DNA from: the human T2T-CHM13v2.0 reference genome, Homo sapiens
Length of the DNA stretch: 64,000 nt
Direction: 5' to 3' (one strand)
Assembly (NCBI RefSeq): GCF_009914755.1
Contig: NC_060933.1
How positions within the stretch are numbered: position 1 is the stretch's first letter; every line of letters begins with the position of its first letter. Shown here one piece after another: positions 1-19,708 of the stretch. The position numbers and the translations under genes are program-made. The notes beneath the pieces are model-generated. The model was given only the letters and a program-made list of their open reading frames with translations, made no database searches and was not told where the DNA came from.

Positions 1-2776
1 ATTCATTTATTTTCAGACTATATATGTCTTTACAGATGAAGTATGTTTCTTTTAGGCAACAGATCAGCGGGTCTTATTCTTTATTCATTTAACCACTATG
101 TCTTTTGATTGGTGAGTTTAATCCATTTATATTCACTATTATGACTAAGTAAGGACTTAACTCTTGCCATTTTATTATTTGTTTTCTGGTTGTTTTGTGG
201 TCCTTTCTTCCTTCTTTCTTTACTCTCTTCCTTTAGTGAAGGTAATTTTCTCTGGTGAGACGATTTTTGTGGATCTGTTGTGTGTTTCTTGGTTTGAGTA
301 CCATGAGGATTGCAAATACTGTATTATAACCCATTATTTTGAGCTGATAACAACTTAACCCAATTTACATAAACAAAAAAGCAAAAAAAAACTAATAAAA
401 ATTCTACACCTTAACTTTAGCACCCTACTTTTTAAATTTTTGTTGTTTCTATTTGTGTCTTATTGTACTGTCAATGTCTTGAAAAGCTCTTGTAGTTATT
501 ATTTTTTACTGGTTCGTTGTTTAGTCTTTCTATTTAGGAGGAGTAGTTTACATACCATAGTTACAGTATTATAATATTCTGTGTTTATCTGTGTACTTAC
601 TATTATTAGTGAGTTTTGTACCTTCAGGTGATTACCTATTGCTCATTAACATCCTTTCCATTCTGATTGAAGTATTCCCTTTAGCATTTCTTATAGAATA
701 GGTCTGGTATTGATGAAATCCTTCAAGTTTTGTCTGGGAAAGTCTTATTTCTCCTTCATATTTGAAGTATATTTTAACTGGATATATTACTCTAGGGCAA
801 AAGTGTTTTTCCTTCAGCATTTTAAAATATGTCATGCCACTTTCTCCTGGTCTGTAAGGTTTCCACTCAAAAGTCTGCTCTCAGACATACTGGAGCTCCG
901 TTGCATGGTGTTTTTTTTTTTTTTTTTTCTCTTGCTGCTTTTAGCATCATTTCTTTATCCTTGACCTTTGGGAATTTAATTATTAAATGCATTGATGTAG
1001 CCTCCTTTGGGTTAAATCTGCTTGGTGTTCTATAACCTTCTTGTACTTGGATGCCGATATCTTTCTCTAGATTTGGGGAATTCTCTGTTATTATCCCTTT
1101 GGGTAAACTACTCCTATGCCCTTCTCTACCTCTTTGTTAAGGTGAATAACTTTTAGATTTGCCTTTTTGAGGCTATTTTACAGATCCTGTAGGTGTGTTT
1201 TGTTGTTTTTTATTCTTTGTTCTTTTGTCTCCTCTGACTGTGTTTTCAAATAGCTGGTCTTCAAGCTCACTAATTCTTTCTTCTGCTTGATCAATTCTAC
1301 TATTAAAAGACTCTGTTGCATTCTTCATTATGCCAAATGCATTTTTCAGCTCCAAAATTTCTGCTTGATTCTTTTTAATTATTTCCATCTGTTTGTTAAA
1401 TTTATCTGAAAGAATTCTGAATTCCTTCTCTGTGTTATCTTGAATTGTTTTGAGTTTGCTCAACCTAGCTATTTTGAATTCCCTTTCTGAAAGGTCTTTC
1501 TTCAGGATTGGTCTCTGGTGACTTATTTAGTTCATCTGATGAGATCATATTTCCTGGATGATTTTGATACTTACAGATGTTCATCTGTATCTGGGCATTG
1601 AAGAGTTAGGAATTTATTGTAGTCTTCACTGTCTGGGCTTATTTGTACCCATCCTCCTTGGGAAGGCTTTCTAGATACATGAAAGGATTTGGGTGTTGTA
1701 GTTTAAGCTGTATCTTCTTTAGGGGGCACCCCAATCCCAGTAATGCTGTGGTTTTTGCAGACTTATAAGGGTACTGCCTTGATAATTTTGGACAAGATCC
1801 CACAGAATTCTCTGGGTTACCAGGCAGAGACTCTTGAATTATTCACTTACTTTCTCCCAAACAAACAGAATCTCTCTCTCAGTTCTGAACTACCTAAAGC
1901 TAGGAGTGGAGTGAAACAAGCACCTCTGTGGCCACCACAACTATGATTGCATTGGATCAGACCTGAAGGAAGCACAGCACTGGGTATCACCCAAGGCCTG
2001 CTGTAACCACTGCCTCTCTACTGCCTGTGTTTGTTCAAGGTCCTGGGGCTCTAAAATCAAATGGCAATGCTAGGCAGGCCTGAGTCCTTCCCTTCAGGGC
2101 AGCAAGATCCCTCAGGTCCTTGGTGAGTCCAGAGGTGCTGTCTAGGAGTCAGGGACTAGAGTCAAAGGCCTGAGAAGTCTACCTGGTATTCTTTCTATTG
2201 TATTATGGCTAAACTGGCACCCAAACAGTCCTTCTCACTCTTTCTTTCCATTTCCAAAGGCAGAGGAGCCTCACCCCATGGCCACTGCCACCACAGGCCC
2301 ATGAGGAGTATTGGCAGACTGCCATCAATGTTCCCCTAAGGCCCAAAGGCTCTTCAGTCAGCTTGTGGTAAATATTACCTGGTCTGGAACTCACCCTTCA
2401 GTGCAGTGGGGCTCCCTTCTGGCCCACAGCAGGTCCAGAAATGCCATCCAATAGTTAAGTTCTGGAACAGGGGACCCCAAGAGCCTATTGGTGCTCTACC
2501 ATCCTGTGGCCAAACTGTTGCCTGAAGCCAACAACTCTCAGGGTCTCATCCACAGCCCTTGATGTAGTACCTTGGTATTGCTCCTGATTATTCAGGGCCC
2601 ACAGGCTCTTCAATTAACAGGTGATGAATGCTGCCAGTACTGGGTCCTTCCCTTCAAGGCAGTAGGTTCCTTTCTGGCCTAGGATGTATCTAGAAGTGTC
2701 ATCTAGGAGCCAGAGCCTGGAACAAGGGCCTCACAACTCTGGCTGTTGCCCTATCCTGCTGTGGCTGAGCTGGTAT

Positions 2777-3921
<1,145 letters not shown>

Positions 3922-4629
3922 GTATCCAAGACACAAGACAAAGTAATTTCCACTATTCCCTCTCTGCTCCTCAAGCAGAAGAAAGAGATGTCTTTTGGAG
4001 CTATGAATTGTGCAGCCTGGGGTGAGAGTAGGGGTGATGCCACCCCAGCTGGTATCTCAGTAGGTGACACACTCCAACAGTCAACTGTCTCTGGGAGCAG
4101 TTCACCACTAGGACTCATCTAAGATGAGCTGCAGTTCTTGTGGCCTACAATAACTTTCAATTTTTCTTGAGACCTAGAGCACCTTAGCCTACAGTGGTGA
4201 GGTTTGCAGGGACTCAAATTTTGACCACAGGGATTGGTGATTCCCCTCTGGCTAGGGCTAGTTTAAATGTTCCCTCCATGGGCAGGCTTCAGCTGTGTTT
4301 CGTCATTTTCCTTTTTGCTCTAAGAGGACAGCATCAAGTTCAATGCCTCACAGTTGCTGTGCTCTCCTTCCCCCAGTACACGGAAACATTCTCTACACCA
4401 CACAGCTGCTGCCAGGGGATAGAGAAGGGGTGGTATTAGTGATTCAAGACTGTTTTTTTCTATGCCGTCAGTGCCTCTTTCAGCAATGTGAAGTGAAAAG
4501 CAGGTACTGTGAGTCCTCACCTTATTTTTGAAGGTGTTTTGCAAGTTTAGATAGTTGTTAAGTTGGTGTTCTTGCTGAGGGCATGATCACTGGAGCCTCC
4601 CATTCTGCCATCTTGCTCCATCTTCCTTC

Positions 4630-5410
4630 TGTCCTATTAATTTTTGTCTGATTATTATATAAGTGCAGCTAGAAAAGTGGTTTTCAGATTTTAAAACTTT
4701 CTGATGCTGGGAAGCCAAACCAAGGAAGACTTTAGATATTATCTGTAGTCTCGATGTTTCGGGGATTGTCAGGAGTGACAATTTTTAGTCAATCACTATA
4801 AGGTTGTTAACCCTTGAAACCAGGCATTTTATGCACTTTCTCTAATGTGACATTCTAGTCAAACCATAGGTAATATAACCAATGTTGTTAACTGTATCCT
4901 GTTATGAAAATAGAGTAAAATTTGTATATAACTTATGTAGATAACCATATTACCATACAAATACTCATGAATAGTTTCCAAATTTTGGAAAAATCAAGTA
5001 GGAGAAAAAGGTAAATGTTTCCATCTTTGTTCACAAACATATACTTTACCAAATTGCTATAAAGTATAGATTGTTTTAACAAATAATATTTTATTAAATA
5101 TGGAAAATAAAAGAAGTAAACAACGTTTTAAATAAAAGTCAAAAAACACTATGTTTATCAGTTATTTAAACTATGTAATTAATTTTGCTTTTGTTTGACC
5201 TTGATTGGCAGGTTTATATATTTATCAGGTTTCATTAGAGTTCTGGAAATTTTTTATTTTGTCCACTGATTTTAAAGTTATTAGAAATTTGTATTCAAGA
5301 ATACTTTTTAGTGTCTCTTATATGAATCTAATTGTAAATGCTTCTAAAGTAGAATCAAAACCATGAATAACAGAGACTTAGTACAGCCATGTTTAAAAAT
5401 CTGATGGAGA
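4630..5410 (-). mobile_element. ERV1 (MER4-group, MER65-int-like) internal sequence, part 1
   Basis: AT-rich non-coding ERV internal sequence. It is contiguous across the L1PB TSD with 15645-19708, which ends in a PBS and a MER65 LTR. Confidence 0.65.
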
Positions 5411-7478
5411 GGTGAGTTTGGAGGAAGATGGCATATGAGAGGCAGGTCTGTCTTGCAGCTCCCACTCAGGTGGATAGAACAGCGTGTGGAGAATCACATC
5501 GTGAACTTTTGCTCCAAGAACTACCATGGGAACATACCAGGAAAACCAAAAGAATTCACAGACCCTTTGAAAGAAGTGGTTTGCTGCTGCAAACTCTAAG
5601 AAACAGCCAAAAATCTGTGAATGCCTAAAGTGTGAGAGGGGGAAAGTCTCCCTCCAAACACACATCCTCACCGGGGAAGCTAAAAAGCCAGATAACAGGG
5701 AAAAGTTAACTTTGCCAAGAGCTGAGGCAAATTTACAGAGTGAAATATAAAAGTAGAAGAAGCAGTGGGAAGAGCCCTGGAGGAGCTCCCAGCCCCCAAG
5801 GAAGCCCAGGGAACTCATTTCTGATTTTATCTCTCACAGGTTCTTGGGGAGGGCTGCCAGTGGAACTGGGGAAAGACCACAGGGAGAAGAAAACTTCCAT
5901 CTAAACTTTGCAGTGATTTTGACCAAGCGCAAATTTTCCAGGGCAGAATCTGGGGATGTAGTGAAGGAGAAGAGCAGACATGAGCACAGGAGCTGAGCGG
6001 GAAGGGGCAAAGCTTGAAAGCCCTGCATGCTTTCACAGCAGGAAGGTTTGCAGCCCGGGGCAAGTTCCCAACCCTGCAGACCAGCTGCCTGGATATAGAC
6101 TCGATGCTCTTGGGGGAGCACAGTGGGAATGAGATTGTCGTTTCTGGTTGCATGGCAGCTGGGTGAAGCCTGTCACTGCCAGCTTTTCCCTACTTCCCTG
6201 GTGACCTGTATGATGGAGCAAAAGCAGCCATAATTCCCCTGGGAACATAACTCCATTGGCCTGAGAACCACACTCCCACCCTACAGCAGCCACAGCAAGC
6301 CTTGCCCAAGGACAGTCTGAGCTCAGACACACCTAACCCTGCCCCTACTTGATGGCCTTTACTCACCCTTTTAGACTAAGACAAAAGACAGAATCTCTTG
6401 GAAGCTCTATGGCCCTGTCCACCACCAGAGAAGCCCAAATAGTTAAACAGGTGACCCTAGGGCAGGCTTGCGTCCTCTCTATACTACCACAGCTGGTTCT
6501 CTCTTGAAAGTGCCATCTCCTGGCTAAAGGCCAACAGACACAAGCCATTATAGCAACTCATAGCTGAACAACCCTGCCCCAAGAAAGGAGAAAACAGCAG
6601 CTAACTCCACCACCTGTAACATACTGGCTAACCAGAGGCCCGGAGTCTATCCACATGACAACTTTACTGCCAGCATAACCAGCATTCGAGAAAACGAGTG
6701 CACTATAAAAACTATAACCAAGAACCCTCAAAGAGTCCACTTCACCCCCATGCTACCTCCTCAAAGCACGTGCTGGTATTCATGGCTGAGAGACTTGAAG
6801 ATGGATCAAATCACAGAGCTCTTCACACATACTCCCCAGTACCAACCTGGAGCCCAGTAGCTCCACTGGGTGGCTAGACCCAGAAGAGAAATAATAATCA
6901 CTGCAGTACAGCTCCCAGGAAGCCCCATTCCTAGGGGAAAGGGGAGAGTACCACATCAAGGGAGCATTCTGTGTGACAAAAGAATCTGAACAGCAGCCCT
7001 TGAGCCCAGATCTTTCCTCTGACATAGCCTACCCAAATGAGAAAGAACCAGAAAAAACAATATTGGCAATAGGATAAAATGAGTTTTTTTAACACCCCAA
7101 ACAGATCACACTAGGCCACCAGCAATGAATCCAAACCAAGAAGAAATCTCTGAATTACCAGAAAAAAAGAATTCAGAAGGTCAATTATTAAGGTACTTAA
7201 GGAGGCACCAGAGAAAAGTGAATACCAACTTATAAAAATTTTTTAAATGTTACAAGATATGGATGAAAAACACTCCAGAGAAATAGATACCATAAATAAA
7301 AGAACAATCACAACTTCTGGAGATGAAGGACACACTTAGAGAAATGCAAATTACACTGGGAAGTCTCAACAATAAAATCCAACAAGTAGAAAAAAGAAAC
7401 TTCAGAGCTTGAAGACAAGGCTTTTGAATTAACTCAATCTGACAAAGACAATGAAAAGACAATTTTAAAAAATGAACA

Positions 7479-10978
<3,500 letters not shown>

Positions 10979-12040
10979 AACAAAACCTCCAAGAAGTTTG
11001 AAATTATGTTAAACAACCAAACCTAAAAATAATTGGTGTTCCCAAGGAATAAGAGAAAACCAAAAGTTTGGAAAACATTTGAGGAAATAATCAAGGAAAA
11101 CTTTTCTGGCCTTGCTAGAGATCTAGACATCCAAATACAAGAAGCTGAAAGAACACCAGAAAATTCAGTGCAAAAAGATCATCGCCTAGGCACGTAGTCA
11201 TCAGGTTATCTAAAGTTAAGATGAAGGAAAGAATCTTAGGAGCTGTGAGGCAAAAGCATGAGGTGACCTATAAAGGAAAACCTATCAAATTAACAGAACA
11301 TTTCTTAGCAGAAACCCTACAAGCTAGAAGGGATTGGGGTCCTATTTTTAGCCTCCTTAAACAAAACAATTGTCAGCCATGAATTTTACATCCAGGGAAA
11401 CTAAGCTTCATAAATGAAAGAAACAAATGCTGAGAGAATTCATATGAACAAATGCTTTTTCAGATGAACAAATGCTGAGAGAATTCGCCACTACCAAGCC
11501 AGCTTTACAAGAGCTGCTAAAAGGCACTCTAAGTCTTGAAACAAAACCTTGAAATACACCAAAATAGAACCTTCTTGAGTATAAATCTCACAGGACCTAT
11601 AAAACAATAACACAATGAGAAAAAAAAAGGTATTCAGGCAACAACTAGTATGATGAATTGAATAGTACATCACATCTCAGTACTAACAGTGAATATAAAT
11701 GACCTAAATGCTCCACTTAAAAGATACAGAAAGTCAGAATGGATAAGAATTCACCAACCATCTGCTGTCTTCAAGAGACTCACCTAGCAGGTAAGGATTC
11801 ACATAAACTTAAGGTAAAGAGGTGGAAAAATTATTCCCAAAGTTAGAGGAAGTAGCTACACTTATACCAGACAAAACAGATGTTAAAGCAACAATGGTTA
11901 AAAAAGACAAAGAGGGACATCAAATAATGATTGAAGTTCTAGTCCAACAGGAAAACATCACAATCCTAAATATATACACACTTAATACTGGAGTTACCAA
12001 ACTTATAAAACAATCACTACTCGACCTAAAAAATGAGATA

Positions 12041-12381
<341 letters not shown>

Positions 12382-13936
12382 CTAGAGAGGTCATCAAGAC
12401 AGAAAGCCAACAAAGAAACAATGGACTTAAACTATACCCTAGAACAAATGAAGTTAACAGATATTTACAAAGCATTTTACCCAACAACTGCAGAATACAC
12501 ATTCTATTCATCAGCACGTGGAATATTTTCTAACATAGGCCACATGATAGGCCACAAAACAAGTCTCAATAAATTTAAGAAAATTAAAATTCTATCAAGT
12601 ACTCTCTCAGACCACAGTGGAATAAAATTAGAATTCAACTCCAAAAGGAACCCTGAAAACCCTGCTAATACATGGAAATTAAATAACCTGCTATTGAATG
12701 ATCATTGGTTCAACAATGAAATCAAGATGGAAATTTAAAAATTCTTTGAACTGAAAGATAATAGTGACATAACCTATCGAAACCTCTGAGATACAGCAAA
12801 AGCGGTGCTAAGAGGGAAGTTTATAGCATTAAATGCCTACAACAAAAAGTCTGAAGGAGCTCAGATAGACAATCTAAGTTCACACATCAAGGAACTAGAG
12901 AAACAAGAACAAATCAAACCAAACCCAACAGAAGAAAAAAAATAACAAAGATCAGAGAAGAACTAAATTAAATTGAAACAAACAAAAAAAGCAATACAAA
13001 AAATAAATGAAACAAAAAACCGATTCTTTGAAAAGATAAACAAAACTGACAGACCAGTAGCGAGATTAACCAAGAACAGAAAAGAGAAGATCCAAATAAG
13101 CTCAATTAGAAACAAAAAGGGAGATATTACAACTGATACCACAGAAATACAAAAGATCATTCAAGGCTACTATGAACACCTTTATTCTCAAAAACTGGAA
13201 AACCTAGAGGAGATGGATAAATTTTTGGAAATATACAACCCTCCAAGATTAAACCAGGAAGAAGTAGAAACTCTGAACAGTCCCATAACAAGCAGCAAGA
13301 TTGAAATGGTAATTTTAAAAATTGCCAACAAATAAAAGTCCAGGAACAGATGGATTCATAGTTGAATTCTATCAGACATTCAAAAAAGTATTGGCTCCAA
13401 TCCTGTTGACACTATTCCACAAGATACAGAAAAAAGGAATCCTCCCTAAATCATTCTGTGAAACTAGTATCACTCTAATACCAAAACTAGGAAAGGACAT
13501 AACAAAACAAAACAAAAACTACAGACCAATATTCCTAATGAACATAGATGCAAAAATCTTCAACAAAATACAAGCTAACTGAATCCAACAGCATATCAAA
13601 AAGATAATTCACCATGATCAAGTAGGTTTCATACTAGGGTTGCTGGAATGGTTTAACATACCAAGTCAATAAATGTGATACACCACATAAACAGAAATAA
13701 AAACAAAAATCACATGATCATCTCAATAGATGAAGAAAAAGCATGTGACAAAATCCAGCATTGTTCTAGTATTAAAGCCCTCGCAAAATTGGCATAGAAG
13801 GGATGTACCTTAAGGTAATAAAAGCCATCTATGACAAACCCACAGCCAACATTATACTGAATAGGGAAAAGTTGAACGTTTTCCCCCTGAGAACTGGAAC
13901 AAGACAAGGATGCCTATTTTCACCACTTCTATTCTA

Positions 13937-14366
<430 letters not shown>

Positions 14367-15644
14367 AGAAAACCCTAAAGACTAATCCAAAAAGCTCCTA
14401 GAACTGATTTAAAAATTCAGTAAAGTTACAAAATAAATGTAAAAAATCAGTAGCACTGCTATATACACCAACAGCAACCAAGCTGAGACTCGAATCAAGA
14501 ACTCAAGCCCTTTTACAATAGCTATAAAAAATAAAATAAAATACTTAGGTACACACTTAACCAAGGAAGTGAAAGATCTCTACAAGGAAAACTACAAAAC
14601 ATGCTGAAAGAAATCATAGAAGACACAAACAAATGGAAACACATCCCATGCTCATGGATGGGTAGAATCAATATTGTGAAAATGACCACACTGCCAAAAG
14701 TAATCTACAAATTCAATGCAATTTCCATCAAAATACCATCATCATTCTTCACAGAACTAGAAAAACCAATTCAAAAATTATGTGGAATCAGAAAAGAGCC
14801 CATATAGCCAAACCAAGATGAGGCAGAAAAAACAAATCTGGAGGCATCACATTACCCAACTTCAAACTATACTACAAGGCTGTAGTTGCCAAAACAGCAT
14901 GGTATTGGCATAAAAATAGACACAAAGTCCAATGGAACAGAATAGAGAACACAGAAATAAAGTTAAACACTTACAGTCAACTGATCTTCAACAAAGCAAA
15001 CAAAAACATAAAATGGGGAAGGACACCCTATTCAACAAATGGTGCTGGGATAATTGGCAAGCCACATGTAGAAAAATGAAACCATATCCTCATCTCTCAC
15101 CTTACACAAAAATCTACTCAAGATGGATCAAAGACTTAAATCTAAGATCTGAAATCATAAAAATTATAGAATATAACATTGGAAAAACCCTTCTAGACAT
15201 TGTCTTAGGCAAAGACTTCATGACCAAGAACCCAAAAGCAAATCTATTATATAGATATAGTTATATAGATATACATAATGGAATACTACTCAGCCATAAA
15301 AAGGAGTGAAATAATGGCATTTGCAGCAATCTGGATGGAACTGGAGATCATTATTCTAAGTGAAGTAACTCAGGAATGGAAACCCAAACATTGTATGTTT
15401 TCACTTATAAATAGGAGCTAAGCTATGAGAACACAAAGGAATAGAATGATAAAATGGACTTTGAGGACTTGGGGGAGTGCGAGGTGGCAAGGGATAAAAG
15501 ACTACACATTGGGTACAGTGTACACTGCTTGGGTGATGGGTGCACCAAAATCTCAGAAATCACACCTAAAGAACTTATCCATGTAACCAAACACCACCTG
15601 TTTCCCCAAAAATCTACTGAAATTAAATAAATAAATAATTTGTT

Positions 15645-18600
15645 AAAAATTTGGTGGAAATTTATTATAATCAGCAGTTGACATGAAAATTTGGTTATTT
15701 GTGATGTACTACATAAGAAGTATAATTATGACTGATGTCATATAAAATTTCAAAGAATTTTATACAATTTTTGAGCATTTATTATCAATAACATAGTCAT
15801 AAATGTTACAAAAAGATCTAGCATCACTTATCACTTGACAATGCTTTTTTTTACAATTTACCAAATAATCCTAATTGTTTACTATCTCTACAAGATGAGA
15901 GACACATCCCGTGGGGCTCTCCAGGGTACCAACTGAAAACCTCAAAGTTAACTCTATCTCAAAATGACTTAATTTAAACTTTTAATGCTGGGAAGCCAGT
16001 TGAAGATGGCAAAATATTTAAAACAACTGATCTAAACAAAATCACAAATCACTGTGAAATGATAGCCATATTTTCACCAGAGTAACATAAAAAGATTTTA
16101 AAAGCAATACAGAAAGTTATATAGATTTAAAAAAATTCTAACCCTTTCAAAGCTCAGTTTTCCTAAGTAATCTAAAAATCTAATTAAGTCAACATGAAAC
16201 ATAGAAAATTATCTTGATAAAATATAAAATCTTTGTTTCTTACACCAGTTACCAAAAGGAAAACACACAAAAACCCACCTACCCACACAAAACACAAAGA
16301 CAAAACATCGTCTCTCAGAGTATGATTGTGTCCCTTTGTGGGAAGCCTGTTTTGACTTCAGGTTTATATAGAAAGCATAACAAAAATTAGGTGTGTCTTT
16401 GGTAAAAAATATAAAAGCAAATATATGTTATTTATTTTTTAAATTGGCTAAATTTACAAGTTATTTAAAGTTGTGTAAAATGTGCAAGAGGTTTTGAAGT
16501 CAAACCTGATGGAAAAGTACTTGAATTTGATCAGAAACAAGAAGAGTATGTGTCCAGGATTTTGATTGTACACCATATCATAGAAAAACATAAACAAGAA
16601 AGCCAGTATCTTGAGCAGGAAAGTACATGGCTATTAGTAAAAACATGGGAAATTGCCTTGCTAGTTACCTGGCGCAATTCAGACACATCAATAAAAGCCA
16701 AGAGTACAGAATCAAATTATACTGGAGAGAAACATTGTTCTAAACTGGAAGCTGCAGTTCTGATGGTGGTTGAAAATTTTTAAAAACAGATTTCAGAATT
16801 ACATCAAAACCTCTTGCACATTTTACACAACTTTAAATAACCTCTAAATATAGCCAATTTTAAAAATAAAGAACATACCTTTGATATTGTTTTTATAGTT
16901 TTTAACCAAAGACACATCTACTTTTTTGTTATGCTTTGTATACAAAATTATATATAAATGAGAATTTTAAACTCTCAATAACATTAATTTTTAGTGAAAA
17001 CCTAGAAAGTAAGAAATTTTGAACTATCTGTCACATATTAGTATTTTATTATAGATGAAACCATTTTATAATTAAAATATATTTTCCCATTATTTAATTT
17101 TTATATGTATTAACAGACCCAAATATAGTCTTTGTACAAAATTTAAGAAACTACAAATAAACTTATGTTTATTTTTACAAATTTATGTTTTACTATTTTA
17201 CCTCTCAATTCTGGGTCATCTGAAAATGACCTATAACTTCAATGGGTTTTTATTATTTAATTGAACATAAATAACTTCAAATTTCAAATTACATAAAAAA
17301 TTATTTGCAAATGTTTATCCTATTTACACACACTGAATTTATTTAACAATTATACCTAGATTATTTATGAAAACTGATAAATTAGGCAAAGCTAGTCATT
17401 ATTTCAGGTTATTTCTCTGTTTATCATTTTCATAGCCTAAGAATATCAGGTGTTCACCTAAGTAACAGCCTTAAAATTAAATACATGAGTATTTTGCTGA
17501 TATTTAAGAAGATACAGTTGTCATCAAAACAACAAGATTAAGTTAGTCTTACTTATCGAAGCATTACTTAAACAAAGATTATTCTGTTTTTAATGTGATT
17601 TCACAGCTTCATAATTTTAAAACATCTACCAGAAACAATAATCCTGTCTGACCAGAAGACCCAGGCAAAAATCTATGTTGACAATTCTGAAGAAATTTTT
17701 ATTTTTATTTTATCAACAAATTTAAAACCAAGTTATTTATCAAAGATTTACTTAAGTAATGTAAACTAAAAGGTATTTGAGTTAATTAGCATATATTCTA
17801 ACAATTTAAATGAGTGCTCACTTATTTAAGCTAATCTGAATAGAACTCCTTAAAGAATTCTGGCCCACTATGCCAAATTTTACTATTTAGGCACAACATA
17901 TAACATAATACACGTTCATATGTGTAAACACACACTGAAATACATATATACACACAAAAACAAATAATTCATAATTTTTATTTATGAAAGTTTAGTTATG
18001 AGACAGTAAAATATAGTAAGACAGACTCGCTAGGTCATAAAAGTCAGTTGAATTCAAATTATATTTCTGACAAAATGAGACCTGTTCACATGGCTAAATA
18101 TTTTTTGCCTTGATAGGTAATCTGATGAAGGCTGTGGACTGAAATTGTAGATAAAGCAGTTTGGTTTTTATAAACTATATTTTACATTCTTTTGTTCTTT
18201 TTTCAGTTTTAAATTAGTTTAGGGGTAAATTTTTAAATGTTTGCATTTTAGTTAGTACTGACTGAATTATAAAGAGAAACAAAAATCTACAAGCAGGCTT
18301 GAATTTTAGTAACAAATTTTTCTTTCGTTTGCTGTTCTGATTTGCCTGACTAGTCAACATGGGCAGGGAAGCATTTTAGAAAAATTTATTTGTAGTTTTT
18401 TGGGTTTTCTTTTTTCTTTGTTTTTTGGCTTTTTCTGGCCATGCATGGCAGACAAAGCAATTTTTGCACTGGACAAAGATATCATATTATTTCTGTGAGT
18501 TCAAGTGTTTGTTTGACCTGTTTGATCTGAAAGCCTAACTTTTTAAACATTTATTTCATTCTTCTTTTTAGAATATCAATCCTTCAATTAACTGATTCAT

Positions 18601-19708
18601 CACCCTAAGCAACTGCTAGCCATGCAAACCAAAATTTACATTTTCCAAAAGATGACCCAGATGTCTAGATTGCTGGTTACCATGAAACTGTTGTAATCTG
18701 TAAAGCCATTAATTTGAAAGTCTTTTAAGACTTTTTTTTTAACTTTGGCTGAAATGTCATAAAGAGTGACTACATCTTAATACCAGCAGAGAAGTCAGCA
18801 GATTCAAAGTCAGCAGAAAAAAAAAAAAAAAGATAAAAATATAGAGAACTTCAAAGGCTCTACATGTAATTTTATAGTTGGTTACAGTTTTTAATTTAGT
18901 TCTAAGGAAAACAGGCTTGCAGAGTCTGAATGATCCCCTTTAAGGGCAATAAATTAGACTTGGTGTAATCTGTCCATTGACTAAAAATGTGTGCAAGAAT
19001 GGACCATAAAATTTGAATGTACAGTTGGCTGGATTCCCAGAGAGTTTGGCATGCTTTGGAATTTTGAAGATTCCATTCCACATCAAATAAAATTCTATGA
19101 ATCCTGTCAGGGAATGTCAGAAATTTGGACCAGTGTTTTGGTTGGTGGTAACCTCTATAGTGGCTTTAATTGGCAATCTTGCATTCACCATTTAGAATGT
19201 TTAATTTTTGTTTATAGAAGATGTTTAGGAATAAGCAAGGGGAAAAATGTTTTTAAAAAAGCCAAATTATTTACAGATATTCATAACCAAATCAAAATGA
19301 AACCAAAATAAGAGTGGTTATGAAAATTTTAAGCCAAGAGCATAAACCAAATACTAAATTAGTTGCATAGAAAGTGAATTCACCAGAAAAGATATGCCTC
19401 AGAAACAGAATGTAAATTCTGTAGAAACCAGAGTACTCTCCAAAAGGATACTTACCAGAAAGGGCTTGCCAAAAATACCCTTTATAGTCTCAAGTGGGAT
19501 GTGAAGTCTGTCAATTAAGGTGGACTTACAACCAAATAAGATCCTGAATGAAATCAAAAATAAGGCGTCTGAAAAGTTGAGAGAAGATTAACCAGGGAAG
19601 AAGATTAACCACAGAAAGAGAGAGCATAAAAGGCTCTGTGAATATCACACATTCAAGGGTCCACCGTCTGTCCAAGGTAAGCTTGCTTCAGTCCCACTTC
19701 TGACACCA
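15645..19708 (-). mobile_element. ERV1 MER65-int-like internal sequence, part 2 (non-coding, 5' portion)
   Basis: It ends in a primer-binding site directly adjacent to the MER65-type LTR and has no long ORFs. Confidence 0.75.
19692..19708 (-). promoter_or_regulatory. Retroviral primer-binding site complementary to the tRNA-Leu 3' end
   Basis: The plus strand reads TCCCACTTCTGACACCA, which matches the recalled 3' end of human tRNA-Leu(CAA) including CCA. It lies immediately inside the LTR. Confidence 0.85.

Noticed and set aside
5393-7025. Cluster of 60-141 aa minus-strand ORFs (ORF0-like?)
   Set aside because: These are antisense ORFs in a decayed L1PB 5'UTR with no similarity I can recognise to L1 ORF0.
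19692-19708. tRNA-Leu-like sequence
   Set aside because: Only the 3' 17 nt match and it abuts an LTR. It is a PBS, not a tRNA gene.
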